A stretch of 64,000 nucleotides of DNA from Thermoplasmata archaeon. GTDB taxonomy: Archaea > Thermoplasmatota > Thermoplasmata > Lutacidiplasmatales > UBA184. The notes under the pieces are model-generated. The model was not told the origin of the DNA, did no database searches, and saw nothing but the letters and a program-made list of their open reading frames with translations. The stretch is taken from the NCBI GenBank assembly GCA_022750335.1, contig JAKIVX010000004.1:5162-69161 (forward strand). Reading direction: 5' to 3'. How positions within the stretch are numbered: the stretch's first letter is position 1; each line of letters starts with the position of its first letter. A program made the translations under genes and the position numbers. This document shows, one piece after another, positions 18,662-27,545 of the stretch.

Positions 18662-19855
18662 ATGGCGATCGATTTCTCCTTCACCGCCGACCAGGAGGCG
18701 TTCCGCACCGCGGCCCGCGCCTTCCTCCAGAAGGAGGTCGCCCCGATCGTCGCGGAGATGGACGAGCGGGAGGAGTTCCCGGCGGCGTCCGTCCGACGGA
18801 TGCAGGAGGAGGGGTACTTCGGCATCCCCATCCCGGAGCAATACGGCGGACTCGGACTCGGGAAGGTCGGCTACTGTCTTTTCCTGGAGGAAGTCGGGAA
18901 GGTGGACGCCTCCCACGGGGTCATTGTCGGGGCGCACACCTCGCTCGGAACCACGCCGATCCTGTACTACGGGACCGAGGAACAGAAGCGACGCTGGCTC
19001 GTTCCGGCGGCGAAGGGAGAGCGCCTCCTCGCGTTCAGCCTCACCGAACCCGGATCCGGGAGCGACTCGGGGGCAGTCCGGACGGTCGCAGAGAAGAAGG
19101 GCGATCACTGGGTGCTCACCGGGAACAAGATCTACGTCTCGAACGGCCGAGAGGCGCACACGGTCGTCCTGCTCGCCGGAAACGACGTCAAGCTCGGCCC
19201 GAACGGAGGAGTTACGGCCTTCCTCGTCGACACGGACACCGCCGGATTCAAGGTCGGTCGCTGCGAGAAGAAGATGGGGCTCCACGGAACGTCCACGGCC
19301 GAGCTGATCCTCGACCACGTCGAGCTCGGACCCGACCATGTCCTCGGCGAGGTCGGAAAGGGGTTCCACGTCGCCATGACCGCCCTCGATGTCGGCCGGG
19401 TCTCGCTCGGAGCGGCCTCGCTCGGAGGGATCGAGGCAGCGATGGGCGAGGCGCTGCAATTCTCGCAGAACCGGACCCAGTTCGGGTTGCCGATCAGCGA
19501 GTTCCAGGCGATCCAGTTCAAGCTCGCGGACATGGCGATGCGGGCCCAGGCCCTCCGGCTGCTGGTCTACCACGCGGCGGCCCACCAGGACCGGCTCGGT
19601 ACCGACCCGCGGGCCTGGACCCGACTCGAACGCGCGGAAAAGACCCGGGAGTCCTCCATCGTGAAATGCCTCGCCTCCGAGTGGGCCAGCGAGGTCATCG
19701 ATGAAGCGCTCCAGATCCACGGCGGGCTCGGGTACATCCGGGGAACCCCGGTGGAACGCGCCTACCGGGATGCTCGGATCAGCGAGATCTTCGAGGGCAC
19801 GAACGAGATCCAGCGACTGGTGATCTCGCGGGACCTCATCGCGCGGGGCTGGTAG
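18662..19855 (+). CDS. acyl-CoA dehydrogenase (second copy)
   Basis: MAIDFSFTADQEAF.., FSLTEPGSGSDSG and IHGGLGYIRGTPVERAYRDARISEIFEGTNEIQR. ATG 18662 is preferred over the in-frame TTG 18656. Confidence 0.9.
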   Translation: MAIDFSFTADQEAFRTAARAFLQKEVAPIVAEMDEREEFPAASVRRMQEEGYFGIPIPEQYGGLGLGKVGYCLFLEEVGKVDASHGVIVGAHTSLGTTPILYYGTEEQKRRWLVPAAKGERLLAFSLTEPGSGSDSGAVRTVAEKKGDHWVLTGNKIYVSNGREAHTVVLLAGNDVKLGPNGGVTAFLVDTDTAGFKVGRCEKKMGLHGTSTAELILDHVELGPDHVLGEVGKGFHVAMTALDVGRVSLGAASLGGIEAAMGEALQFSQNRTQFGLPISEFQAIQFKLADMAMRAQALRLLVYHAAAHQDRLGTDPRAWTRLERAEKTRESSIVKCLASEWASEVIDEALQIHGGLGYIRGTPVERAYRDARISEIFEGTNEIQRLVISRDLIARGW

Positions 19856-21569
19856 GGGCGGGGTCCGGAGAAGCCGCCGAGGCGGCCAAGGACTCCTCCT
19901 TGAGGACTCGCCGCAGCACCTTCTGCACGCCGGTTTTCGGCAAGCTCGTCCGGAACTCGACGGTGCGGGGCGCCTTGTAGTGGGCGATCCGCTCCCGGAC
20001 GAAGCCGATCAGCTCCTCCTCGGTCGGATGGGTCCCCGGCTTCGGGACCACGAACGCCTTCACCGCCTCCCCCCGGATCGGGTCGGGGACCCCGATCGCC
20101 GCAGCGTCGGCGACGGCCGGGTGCTGGAACAGTACCTCCTCGACCTCCCGCGGATAGACCTTCATCCCTCCGACGTTGATCGTGTCCTTCTTTCGGTCGA
20201 CGATGAAAGCGAATCCGTCCGCGTCCAGGCGCGCCAGGTCCCCGGTCCGGAACCAGCCGTCGCGTAGAACGGCCCGGGTTTCGCCCTCATTGTGGTAGTA
20301 CCCCAGCATCACCTGGGGTCCCCGCACGTCGAGCTCCCCTACCTCCCCGACGGGAAGTACGCGAGTCCCCGTTTCGGGGTCCACGATTCGCTGGTCCGTG
20401 TTCGGCACAGGGATGCCGATCGACCCGACCTTCTGCTCCCCCTCAGTCGGGTTCACATGTGTTACGGGCGAGGTCTCGCTGAGGCCGTACCCCTCGATGA
20501 GAGTCCCCCCGGTCAGTTCCTGGAATCTCCGGGCGACCTCGAGCGGGAGCGGGGCCGACCCGCTGACGCAGAACGTGATGGCTCGGATCTTGGGGTGGTC
20601 CTCGATCCCCGGGGTGTTGTTGAACGCGGCATACAGTGCCGGCACGCCCGGGAACTGGGTCGGGGCGTACCGGTCGATGAGCTTCAGGAGTTCGGGAATG
20701 TCCGGTCGGGTCTGGATGACGATAGTCGCGCCGTCGGCAAGACCGGCGAAGAGCGCGACAGTGAGAGCGTAAATGTGGAAGAACGGGATCGACGCCAGCA
20801 GGACCTCTTCGCCCGACTTTCGCCGGGTGTTCCAGGAGTTGATCTGCAGCAGGTTGGCGTGCAGGTTGCGGTGCGTGAGCATCGCTGCTTTCGGGATCCC
20901 CGTCGTTCCCCCCGTGTACTGGAGGACCGCAACGGACGTGGCTGGGTCGCCGTGGAACTCCGGGATGGTCCCCCGGTAGTGCACGGTCCAGGTCCAGGGT
21001 CGGACCGACGGGTCTCCGCGCGGAAAGGCGGTGGGGAGCCCCCGGCGACGCAGCACGAGGTTGACGAAGGGTCGGGCGTGCAAGGGATAGAGCTCCCGCA
21101 GTCGCGCCACGTACAGGATCGGCACCGGCGCCTCCGCGCGGACCTTGGCCAAGTTAGGGTAGAGGATCTCCAGGGTCACCACGGCCTTCGGGGTGGAGTC
21201 GAGGAGCATCCGGGACAGGTCCTGACCGATGTAGAGCGGACTCACCTGCACGACGATTGCCCCGAGGCGGAGGATCCCCAGCAGGGCGATCGGGTAGGCC
21301 GGGCAGTTGGGAAGGTAGATCGCCACGCGGTCGCCGGCCCGGATTCCGTCGCGGGCGAGGGCGGAGGCGAAGGCGCCACTCTCCCGCCATAGGCGTCGGT
21401 ACGACCACTTGGCCCCGTAGTAGACCAACGCTGTGCGGTCCGGCCAGCGATGCACGGCCTGCTCGATCACCTCGGGGAGGAGTTGCGCGGGAATCTCGAG
21501 CGTCGGGGGGACCGAGGCCGGGTAACGGCTCAGCCAGACGGGGCCCGCGGGCGCACCGCTCTCGACCAT
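19836..21569 (-). CDS. long-chain fatty acid-CoA ligase (AMP-forming)
   Basis: 577 aa with the AMP-binding motifs LQYTGGTTGIPKAAMLTH, GYGLSETSP and YRTGDLARLDADGF. It shows a 20-nt convergent overlap with ACAD2. Confidence 0.9.
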   Translation of the reverse strand: MVESGAPAGPVWLSRYPASVPPTLEIPAQLLPEVIEQAVHRWPDRTALVYYGAKWSYRRLWRESGAFASALARDGIRAGDRVAIYLPNCPAYPIALLGILRLGAIVVQVSPLYIGQDLSRMLLDSTPKAVVTLEILYPNLAKVRAEAPVPILYVARLRELYPLHARPFVNLVLRRRGLPTAFPRGDPSVRPWTWTVHYRGTIPEFHGDPATSVAVLQYTGGTTGIPKAAMLTHRNLHANLLQINSWNTRRKSGEEVLLASIPFFHIYALTVALFAGLADGATIVIQTRPDIPELLKLIDRYAPTQFPGVPALYAAFNNTPGIEDHPKIRAITFCVSGSAPLPLEVARRFQELTGGTLIEGYGLSETSPVTHVNPTEGEQKVGSIGIPVPNTDQRIVDPETGTRVLPVGEVGELDVRGPQVMLGYYHNEGETRAVLRDGWFRTGDLARLDADGFAFIVDRKKDTINVGGMKVYPREVEEVLFQHPAVADAAAIGVPDPIRGEAVKAFVVPKPGTHPTEEELIGFVRERIAHYKAPRTVEFRTSLPKTGVQKVLRRVLKEESLAASAASPDPAPTSPAR

Positions 21570-21570
21570 C

Positions 21571-21993
21571 CTACGCTCCCGAAATGGTCGGAGCGGCCTC
21601 GGACTCCCGGATGAACTGGACTCCGGGCCGGTAGCTGGGCCGGAACCGAACGCGTTCCCCGATCACTACACCGTCGACGGTGCGAACGGTCGGCATCCAC
21701 CCGGTGATCCGGCCGCCCCCGTCCATCTCGACGACCGCATACACGTACGGCGCGTCATTCAGGAACTCGTCGCCAGGGACCGTCAAGAGCGTGAACGCCA
21801 CGACCGTGCCCGTCGCGGAGAGTGCGTGCTCTTCGAGGCCCACGGTGCCACAGCGCGGGCAGGCCAGCCCCCAGGTCGCGGTGATCAGCCCGCAGTGAGG
21901 ACATCGGAATCCCCGGAGGGGCCCGCCGTCCTCGTAGGATTTCACCCACTCGGAAATGGAGTGGGACGCCGCCGGGAGCGTCTCGGACGGCAT
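21571..21993 (-). CDS. Zn-ribbon/OB-fold protein (DUF35), thiolase partner
   Basis: C-terminal 140 aa of the track ORF from MPSETLPAAS. CPHCG..CPRCG rubredoxin-like knuckle followed by an OB fold (GTVVAFTLL..YVYAVVEMDGGGRITG). Confidence 0.8.
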   Translation of the reverse strand: MPSETLPAASHSISEWVKSYEDGGPLRGFRCPHCGLITATWGLACPRCGTVGLEEHALSATGTVVAFTLLTVPGDEFLNDAPYVYAVVEMDGGGRITGWMPTVRTVDGVVIGERVRFRPSYRPGVQFIRESEAAPTISGA

Positions 21994-22004
21994 GGACCGA
22001 CCGT

Positions 22005-23159
22005 CTACCTCCGCGAAAAGATGTGGACCGAGCAGGAACCGCCGGTGGCACCGACGTTGTGTGTGAGGGCGGTTTCCGAGTGCGGCACCTCGCGCCCCTG
22101 CGCGAGGCCGTTGAACTGTTCGTACACCTCGACGACCTGGGAGACCCCCGTGGCGCTGACCGGGTGACCCTTGGCCTTGAGTCCTCCGGAGGGGTTGATG
22201 GGCAACTTCCCGTCGCGCACGGTCAACCCGTCCATCGCGGCACGGGCCCCGGTGCCGCGCGGAACGAATCCGAGGTCCTCGAGCGCGAGTGCTTCGGCTA
22301 GGGTGAAGCAGTCGTGGACCTCCGCAAAGTCGATCTCCTTCGGCGTGAGGCGCGCCTGTCGGAAGGCCTTCGCTCCGGCCGTTTGCGTGGCCGGGAGCGC
22401 GAGGAGGTCCGGACGGTCCTGCATCTCGGTGATCCCCCCGGCGCGGGCCGAGGCACGTATCACGAGCGGTTCGGAGACCGGGGCCTTGACGAACTCCTTG
22501 GCTGCGACGACGATGGCCGCCGCCCCGTCGGAGAACGGGCAGCAGTCGTACAGTCGGAACGGCGAAGCGATGATGGGGGAGTGTAGGTACGTCTCCATCG
22601 TGATCTCCCTCTGGAAGTGGGCGTGCGGGTTCCGGGCTCCGTTCGCATGGTTCTTGATCGCGATCGCCCCGAACATCTCGGGGGTCGTGGGATAGGCAGC
22701 GCGGTACGCGCTCGCGATTGTCGCGTACAGCCCGGGGAAGGTAGCTCCGTTCTGGGTCTCGAACGCGTAGTCCGCCGCGATGGCGAAGTAGCTGGTCGCC
22801 GCGAGCGTGTCGAGGTGGGAGAGCTTCTCGGAACCGACGACCAGCACCGCGTCGACGAACCCGCCGGCGACCTGGACGAACGCTTCGTGCAGGCCGGCGC
22901 TGGACGAGGAACACGCCGATTCGATGGTCGCGGACGGCACGTCCGGGATTCCCAGGCCTCCGTTGATGAGCGGGCCCACATGCGCCTGGTGTTCGGCGAT
23001 CCCGAAGGCGTTGGAGACGAAGGTGTACCCGATATCCTTGGGGGAAAGGCCGGCCGATTGGATGGCAGCGAGGGAAACCCGGGTGGCCGCCTCGCGGGCG
23101 GTTTCACTCATCTTGCCGAAGCGGTTGGAAGCCGCCCCGACGACCCAAGTTTCTCGCAT
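22005..23159 (-). CDS. thiolase (SCP-x/archaeal acetyl-CoA acetyltransferase type)
   Basis: 384 aa with the active-site Cys context ATIESACSSSSAGL and the C-terminal block NPSGGLKAKGHPVSATG. Confidence 0.9.
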   Translation of the reverse strand: MRETWVVGAASNRFGKMSETAREAATRVSLAAIQSAGLSPKDIGYTFVSNAFGIAEHQAHVGPLINGGLGIPDVPSATIESACSSSSAGLHEAFVQVAGGFVDAVLVVGSEKLSHLDTLAATSYFAIAADYAFETQNGATFPGLYATIASAYRAAYPTTPEMFGAIAIKNHANGARNPHAHFQREITMETYLHSPIIASPFRLYDCCPFSDGAAAIVVAAKEFVKAPVSEPLVIRASARAGGITEMQDRPDLLALPATQTAGAKAFRQARLTPKEIDFAEVHDCFTLAEALALEDLGFVPRGTGARAAMDGLTVRDGKLPINPSGGLKAKGHPVSATGVSQVVEVYEQFNGLAQGREVPHSETALTHNVGATGGSCSVHIFSRR

Positions 23160-23218
23160 CGAACCCTACAGTGTTGTACAGTGGGGAGAGGCTTAACCTT
23201 GGCCGGGCCCGAACGCCA

Positions 23219-23497
23219 CTAATGCTCGGACCGGGTCGCGGACTCGACGACCGGCAGGAATCGGGCGAACGCCCGATCGGCCGCCGCGGAGTCCGAGGTC
23301 TTGAACAACAGACGCCCGTTCTGGCTGATCGTCACCTCGGGGTCGGCGCCCGCGATCAGCATGACTCGGGCGTCTACGACCCGGATTCCTTCCGTTTCGA
23401 GGGCCGACCGCACGCGCGCGAGGTCGAGGCGTCGGGGCGGGTCGGGAATCGCCTCGAAACCCCCCCCGTTCGAACAGAGTCTCAGCGTGCGATACAT
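23219..23497 (-). CDS. small hypothetical protein (92 aa)
   Basis: Intact ORF with high third-position GC. The segment VDARVMLIAGADPEVTISQNGRLLFKTSDSAAADRAF resembles, from memory only, the small C-terminal domain of some archaeal ThiF/E1-like enzymes. Confidence 0.45.
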   Translation of the reverse strand: MYRTLRLCSNGGGFEAIPDPPRRLDLARVRSALETEGIRVVDARVMLIAGADPEVTISQNGRLLFKTSDSAAADRAFARFLPVVESATRSEH

Positions 23498-23631
23498 CCG
23501 TCGTCAAGGCGCACGGGGCGGGGCCTATCTGAACTCTTCCCCCAGAGCGGGGGGTTCGGGGAACCCCCGAGGACACGGCGGTCTCCGCGGGCGGCGGGAG
23601 ACGGCGATGGGAGGAGTTCCTCCTGCGAAAC

Positions 23632-24267
23632 TCAGGGCGGGAGGGCGGCACCGCACTTGGCGCAGAACTGGGAGCCGGACGCGTTGGGGGTCCCGCAGGA
23701 CGCGCAGGTCTTCCCCGCCACCGTGGGCGCCGTCGCTTGTCCCCAAGTGGCGGGAGCCGGCGCTCCCCACTGGCCTTGGGGCGGCTGCCCCATCTGACCG
23801 GGCGGACCCCACTGGGCCACCTGCGGGGGGCCGGCCCGGGCCGACGCGATCAGTGGGTCGAACTTGATGTACGCGATCAGGAGCAGGACGCCAAGGATGA
23901 GCCCGCCCAGGATGAATCCGAGGACCATCCAGACGAGGGTCTCGTGTTTGGCCTGCTCGTACTGCCGGGCGTTGACCAACGCCTCGAGGGTCTTCATCTT
24001 GAAGTAGATGACGAGGTCAATGACTCCGAAGATCAGGACAAACAGCCCGGGGATGATGACAAACCCAACCCCCCCCGAGTTCACGGTGCAGTTCGTGGCC
24101 GCCTGACAGGCGTGGAAGGCCAGCGACAGGAAGGCGACGTACACGAGGCCTCCCAAGAAGAGGAGGATCCCGAATACGATCGCGAGGATCCGGACGATCT
24201 GATACATCGATTTGATCGACTGCGCCTCGGGCGGCTCGTAGTTGTACCCTGCGTTCAAATTCCCCAC
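23632..24267 (-). CDS. membrane protein with C-terminal zinc ribbon
   Basis: Four hydrophobic helices, a G/P/Q/W-rich linker (GPPQVAQWGPPGQMGQPPQGQWGAPAPATWGQ), then CASCGTPNASGSQFCAKCGAAL. Confidence 0.65.
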   Translation of the reverse strand: MGNLNAGYNYEPPEAQSIKSMYQIVRILAIVFGILLFLGGLVYVAFLSLAFHACQAATNCTVNSGGVGFVIIPGLFVLIFGVIDLVIYFKMKTLEALVNARQYEQAKHETLVWMVLGFILGGLILGVLLLIAYIKFDPLIASARAGPPQVAQWGPPGQMGQPPQGQWGAPAPATWGQATAPTVAGKTCASCGTPNASGSQFCAKCGAALPP

Positions 24268-24390
24268 CCTGGCCGAGCCTACCGCGGAACCACCCTTTCG
24301 CGTACATCAACCTGCCGAATCGGGCCCACCGATCAGGGAGACCGACCGAGGAGTCCGCGGTAGCCCCTCTGGGGCACCTCCGAACCTGAC

Positions 24391-25017
24391 TCAGAGGATG
24401 ACGGCCTTGCGGACGCAGTCGTCGATCATCTGGTCGACGTCGATCCGCTCCTCTTCGCGCAGAATCTGAACGAGGTTCGAGCGGGTCGCCGGCTTGTCCG
24501 GGACGGCCTGGCAACAGATCCCGGGACGGGTCGAGATCTCGTACGTTCCGATCGATTTGGCCACAGCCTCGATCTCCGACTTGTCAAACCCGATCAAGGG
24601 CCGGACGATCGGGAGGGACACCGAAGCGGTCGCGTTGCGCATGTTCGAGAGGGTCTGCGAGGCGACCTGTCCGAGCGCTTCCCCCGTGACGAGGAAGGTG
24701 GCCCCCTCGCGCTGGGCGATTTTCTCGGCCGAGCGCCACATGAAGCGGCGGCAGAGCACGCATCCCACGTGGCGGTCGGTCTCCCGCATGAGGGTGATCT
24801 GGGTCGGACCATGCGGTAGAACGTAGAGCGGGATGGGCTGGTGGTATCGCTCGCGGAGGACGGTGAGGTGATCCACGACCTTCGAGAGGGGGGAGTCATC
24901 CGTGAATGGACGATTGTCGAGGTGGACGGCCAGTAGTTCGTGGCCCTGTCGCAGCAGGTAATGCATCGCGACGGGAGAGTCGATCCCACCGCTCATCAAC
25001 ATCACGCCGCGCGACAT
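24391..25017 (-). CDS. ThiI-like PP-loop sulfurtransferase, catalytic domain only (no THUMP/NFLD)
   Basis: LMSGGIDSPVA PP-loop, TGEALGQVASQTLSNM, RPLIGFDKSEI and GICCQAVPDKP. At 208 aa it covers only the C-terminal half of full-length ThiI. Confidence 0.75.
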   Translation of the reverse strand: MSRGVMLMSGGIDSPVAMHYLLRQGHELLAVHLDNRPFTDDSPLSKVVDHLTVLRERYHQPIPLYVLPHGPTQITLMRETDRHVGCVLCRRFMWRSAEKIAQREGATFLVTGEALGQVASQTLSNMRNATASVSLPIVRPLIGFDKSEIEAVAKSIGTYEISTRPGICCQAVPDKPATRSNLVQILREEERIDVDQMIDDCVRKAVIL

Positions 25018-25035
25018 ATCGAGCGCATCAGCCGA

Positions 25036-25054
25036 CCTCCCTTATTTAGGGAGG
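25036..25054. promoter_or_regulatory. TATA-like box flanked by a 6-bp inverted repeat (cctccc ttattta gggagg)
   Basis: Sits between the divergent thiI-like and hydrolase genes. Its centre is about 28 nt from ATG 25017. Confidence 0.4.
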
Positions 25055-25099
25055 CGTCCGGGGCCGCCCCCACCCTCTTGCGCCGAACGGCGTGATCTC

Positions 25100-25960
25100 T
25101 TGCGTGCCCACGGACCTAATACGGACGCGAGATTCGCCGAAGCGATGGCCTCGAAGGTCGCGCCACCGGTCGAACTTTCCTTTCGCGAACAGGGAGCGGG
25201 GGCGCCGATCCTACTGTTGCACGGTCTGGCGGGCGACCGACTCGTCTGGAACTCGGTGTTCCCGGGACTTTCGACGGGGTTTCGAGTAATCGCTCCCGAC
25301 CTCCGGGGGCACGGCGAGACCCCCTACCCATCCGGTTCGACCGAATCGATGGACGAACTCGAGGCCGACGTGCTGGCCTTCGCCGACCGGTTGGGCCTCT
25401 CAAAAATCCATTGGGTCGGATTCAGCGCCGGTGCCTTTCTCGCCCTTCGCATCGTGCTGGACCACCCTGAGCGCGCCAGCAGCCTCACGCTCGTCAGCGG
25501 GGCCGCGTACTGTGACGCGCATCAGAAAGCGGTCATGGAACGGTGGTGGAGCACCTACGCCCAGGAAGGGCCCGACGCGTTCGCCCTCCGATTGCTGAAG
25601 GATCTGTACTATCCGGACTGGATCGAAGCCCACCTCGAAGTGGCGGACGTCCTGCGGGAGGCGGTCGTGCACTGGGACTTCACCGCCGCCCAGATGTGGG
25701 GCAAGGCGTTGACCAGCTTCGACGAGAAGAACCGGATCGCGGCCCTTCGAATCCCCACGCTCATGGTCCAGGCGATGGACGACGGCGTCGTCGACGCTTC
25801 GCACGGACGCATCCTCCGACAGACGATCCCGGGGGCCCAGATTCGCATCCTGCCGCAGACGGGACACATGATCCCTTCCGAACGGCCCAACGAACTGGTC
25901 GAGTCGATCGTGGGATTGGTACGGAAGGCGGAATCGAATTCCACCGAGACCGTCCCCTGA
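25100..25960 (+). CDS. alpha/beta hydrolase fold protein
   Basis: LLLHGLAGD, the nucleophile elbow VGFSAGA, and the C-terminal GHMIPSERP. The start may be the internal ATG at MASKVAPP. Confidence 0.8.
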   Translation: MRAHGPNTDARFAEAMASKVAPPVELSFREQGAGAPILLLHGLAGDRLVWNSVFPGLSTGFRVIAPDLRGHGETPYPSGSTESMDELEADVLAFADRLGLSKIHWVGFSAGAFLALRIVLDHPERASSLTLVSGAAYCDAHQKAVMERWWSTYAQEGPDAFALRLLKDLYYPDWIEAHLEVADVLREAVVHWDFTAAQMWGKALTSFDEKNRIAALRIPTLMVQAMDDGVVDASHGRILRQTIPGAQIRILPQTGHMIPSERPNELVESIVGLVRKAESNSTETVP

Positions 25961-26014
25961 TCCCGCGCCGTACCGGGATACGAGGTTATCTGGGGCCTCG
26001 CGGTTCGGTGGGCA

Positions 26015-26191
26015 ATGGCCCTACCCGATCCCGCCCTCACCGCCCGAATCGCCACTTTGGAGCAGCAGGTCCGCGAGCTTGTCACGCGGGTGACGGCCCT
26101 CGAGGTCATCCTCAAAGGGTCGCCGCGGGTCGAGCACCCCTTGGACCGTGACACCGTCCGCGAGAAAGTCTCGTACGACTGGCAGAAGTGA
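26015..26191 (+). CDS. small coiled-coil protein (58 aa), below the ORF-track cutoff
   Basis: Hand-translated as MALPDPALTARIATLEQQVRELVTRVTALEVILKGSPRVEHPLDRDTVREKVSYDWQK. It has high GC3, and its stop overlaps the GTG start of the Nudix gene (GTGA). Confidence 0.45.
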   Translation: MALPDPALTARIATLEQQVRELVTRVTALEVILKGSPRVEHPLDRDTVREKVSYDWQK

Positions 26192-26814
26192 CGGCCCCAC
26201 CCTCGGTGCCCTCGGGATCGATTGACGAGCTCCTGCACCGATTCCCATCCGACCCTCCTCCGACTTCCCTCGCGGGAGCGGCCGTCACCATCGTTCTGCG
26301 CGACGGAGATTCGGACGTCGAGCTCCTCTTGATCGAACGCACCGTCGCCGAGTCCGATCCCGCCTCGGGACAGGTGGCTCTCCCCGGCGGGCATGTCTCC
26401 GAGGCGGACGGAAACCTTACGCGCACGGCACTGCGAGAGCTGGAGGAAGAGGTCGGCCTTTCGGAAGGCGATCTCGAGGGCCCACTGCACTACGTCTCGA
26501 CCGAACACGCGTACCGATTCGGGGTCGATGTGGGGGTGTTTGCCGGGAGGCTAGGCGCTCATGCCCAGCCACCGGGACTCCGTAGTCCGCGGGAAGTCGC
26601 CCATGTTTTTTGGCTCCCTCGCTCGGCCCTGGAGACCTCCCAGCGGGTCCATCGCGACACGTCGCGCGGTGAGATCTTGGTCGACGCCACCGTCTATCAG
26701 GGGCACGTCCTTTGGGGGTTCACCCGTCGCGTCGTTCGGGAATTCTTTGGCTATCCGGGGGACGACGGCTCGTTCGGCGCAGTGTTCGCTTCGCACACAA
26801 CGCCGTCACCCTGA
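26188..26814 (+). CDS. NUDIX hydrolase (CoA pyrophosphatase-like)
   Basis: Nudix box GQVALPGGHVSEADGNLTRTALRELEEEVGL. Confidence 0.8.
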   Translation: MTAPPSVPSGSIDELLHRFPSDPPPTSLAGAAVTIVLRDGDSDVELLLIERTVAESDPASGQVALPGGHVSEADGNLTRTALRELEEEVGLSEGDLEGPLHYVSTEHAYRFGVDVGVFAGRLGAHAQPPGLRSPREVAHVFWLPRSALETSQRVHRDTSRGEILVDATVYQGHVLWGFTRRVVREFFGYPGDDGSFGAVFASHTTPSP

Positions 26815-26944
26815 CTCCCGATCTACTCTGTTCAACGACTGAGTGGACGCCCGCCGCTTCGGTTCCCGGTTGGTCATCATTTCGGCCGCCTGCCACCCAG
26901 ATTCTCGGCGGACGGGCGGGCCGGAAACGACGGAAAAACAACCG

Positions 26945-26952
26945 TTTATATA
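26945..26952 (+). promoter_or_regulatory. TATA box (tttatata) upstream of tbp
   Basis: Best TATA consensus in the window. It is preceded by an A-rich BRE-like cgaaaaacaacc and lies 33-40 nt upstream of GTG 26985. Confidence 0.55.
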
Positions 26953-26984
26953 TTTCGTGAAAGGTCCCGCCCCGAGGGATTTGA

Positions 26985-27533
26985 GTGGTCAAGATCCGCA
27001 TCGAAAACGTCGTCGCATCCACCTCACTCGGAGACGCTCTTGACCTCCAATCGATCGCGCTCGGTCTCGACGGGGCCGAGTACGAACCGGAGCAGTTCCC
27101 CGGACTCATCTACCGATTGAAACAGCCCAAGACCGCGATCCTGTTGTTCCGCTCGGGCAAAGTGGTATGCACCGGAGCGAAGAGCATGAACGAGGTGGAG
27201 ACTTCGATTCACACGGTGGCGACCCAGATCAAGAAGGGGGGCCAAAAGATCACTCTCAAACCCAAGATCGAGGTCCAGAACATCGTCGCGAGTTCGGACC
27301 TGGAGAGCTCGATCAACCTGAACGCCATCGCCGTCACCCTCGGACTCGACCGGGTCGAGTACGAGCCCGAACAGTTCCCCGGGCTGGTCTGCCGCCTCGA
27401 CGCCCCGAAGGTGGTCGTCCTTCTCTTTGGCAGCGGAAAGCTGGTCTGCACCGGCGCCCGGAAACCCGCCGATGTCCAGGTCGCCGTCCAGAAGATCACG
27501 AAGGAACTCCAAGGCGCCGGCCTCTTGCGCTAG
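26985..27533 (+). CDS. tbp: TATA-box binding protein
   Basis: 182 aa with two direct repeats (NVVASTSLGDALDLQSIAL..EYEPEQFPGLIYRL / NIVASSDLESSINLNAIAV..EYEPEQFPGLVCRL). Confidence 0.97.
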   Translation: MVKIRIENVVASTSLGDALDLQSIALGLDGAEYEPEQFPGLIYRLKQPKTAILLFRSGKVVCTGAKSMNEVETSIHTVATQIKKGGQKITLKPKIEVQNIVASSDLESSINLNAIAVTLGLDRVEYEPEQFPGLVCRLDAPKVVVLLFGSGKLVCTGARKPADVQVAVQKITKELQGAGLLR

Positions 27534-27545
27534 CCCGACATCTCG

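Noticed and set aside
26815-26984. Possible replication origin near the Orc1/Cdc6 gene
   Set aside because: The only sizeable spacer in the tbp-cdc6 region is 170 nt. It has one TATA box but no long AT-rich unwinding element, and I could see no repeated ORB-like boxes. The cdc6 gene itself has flanks of less than 30 nt.
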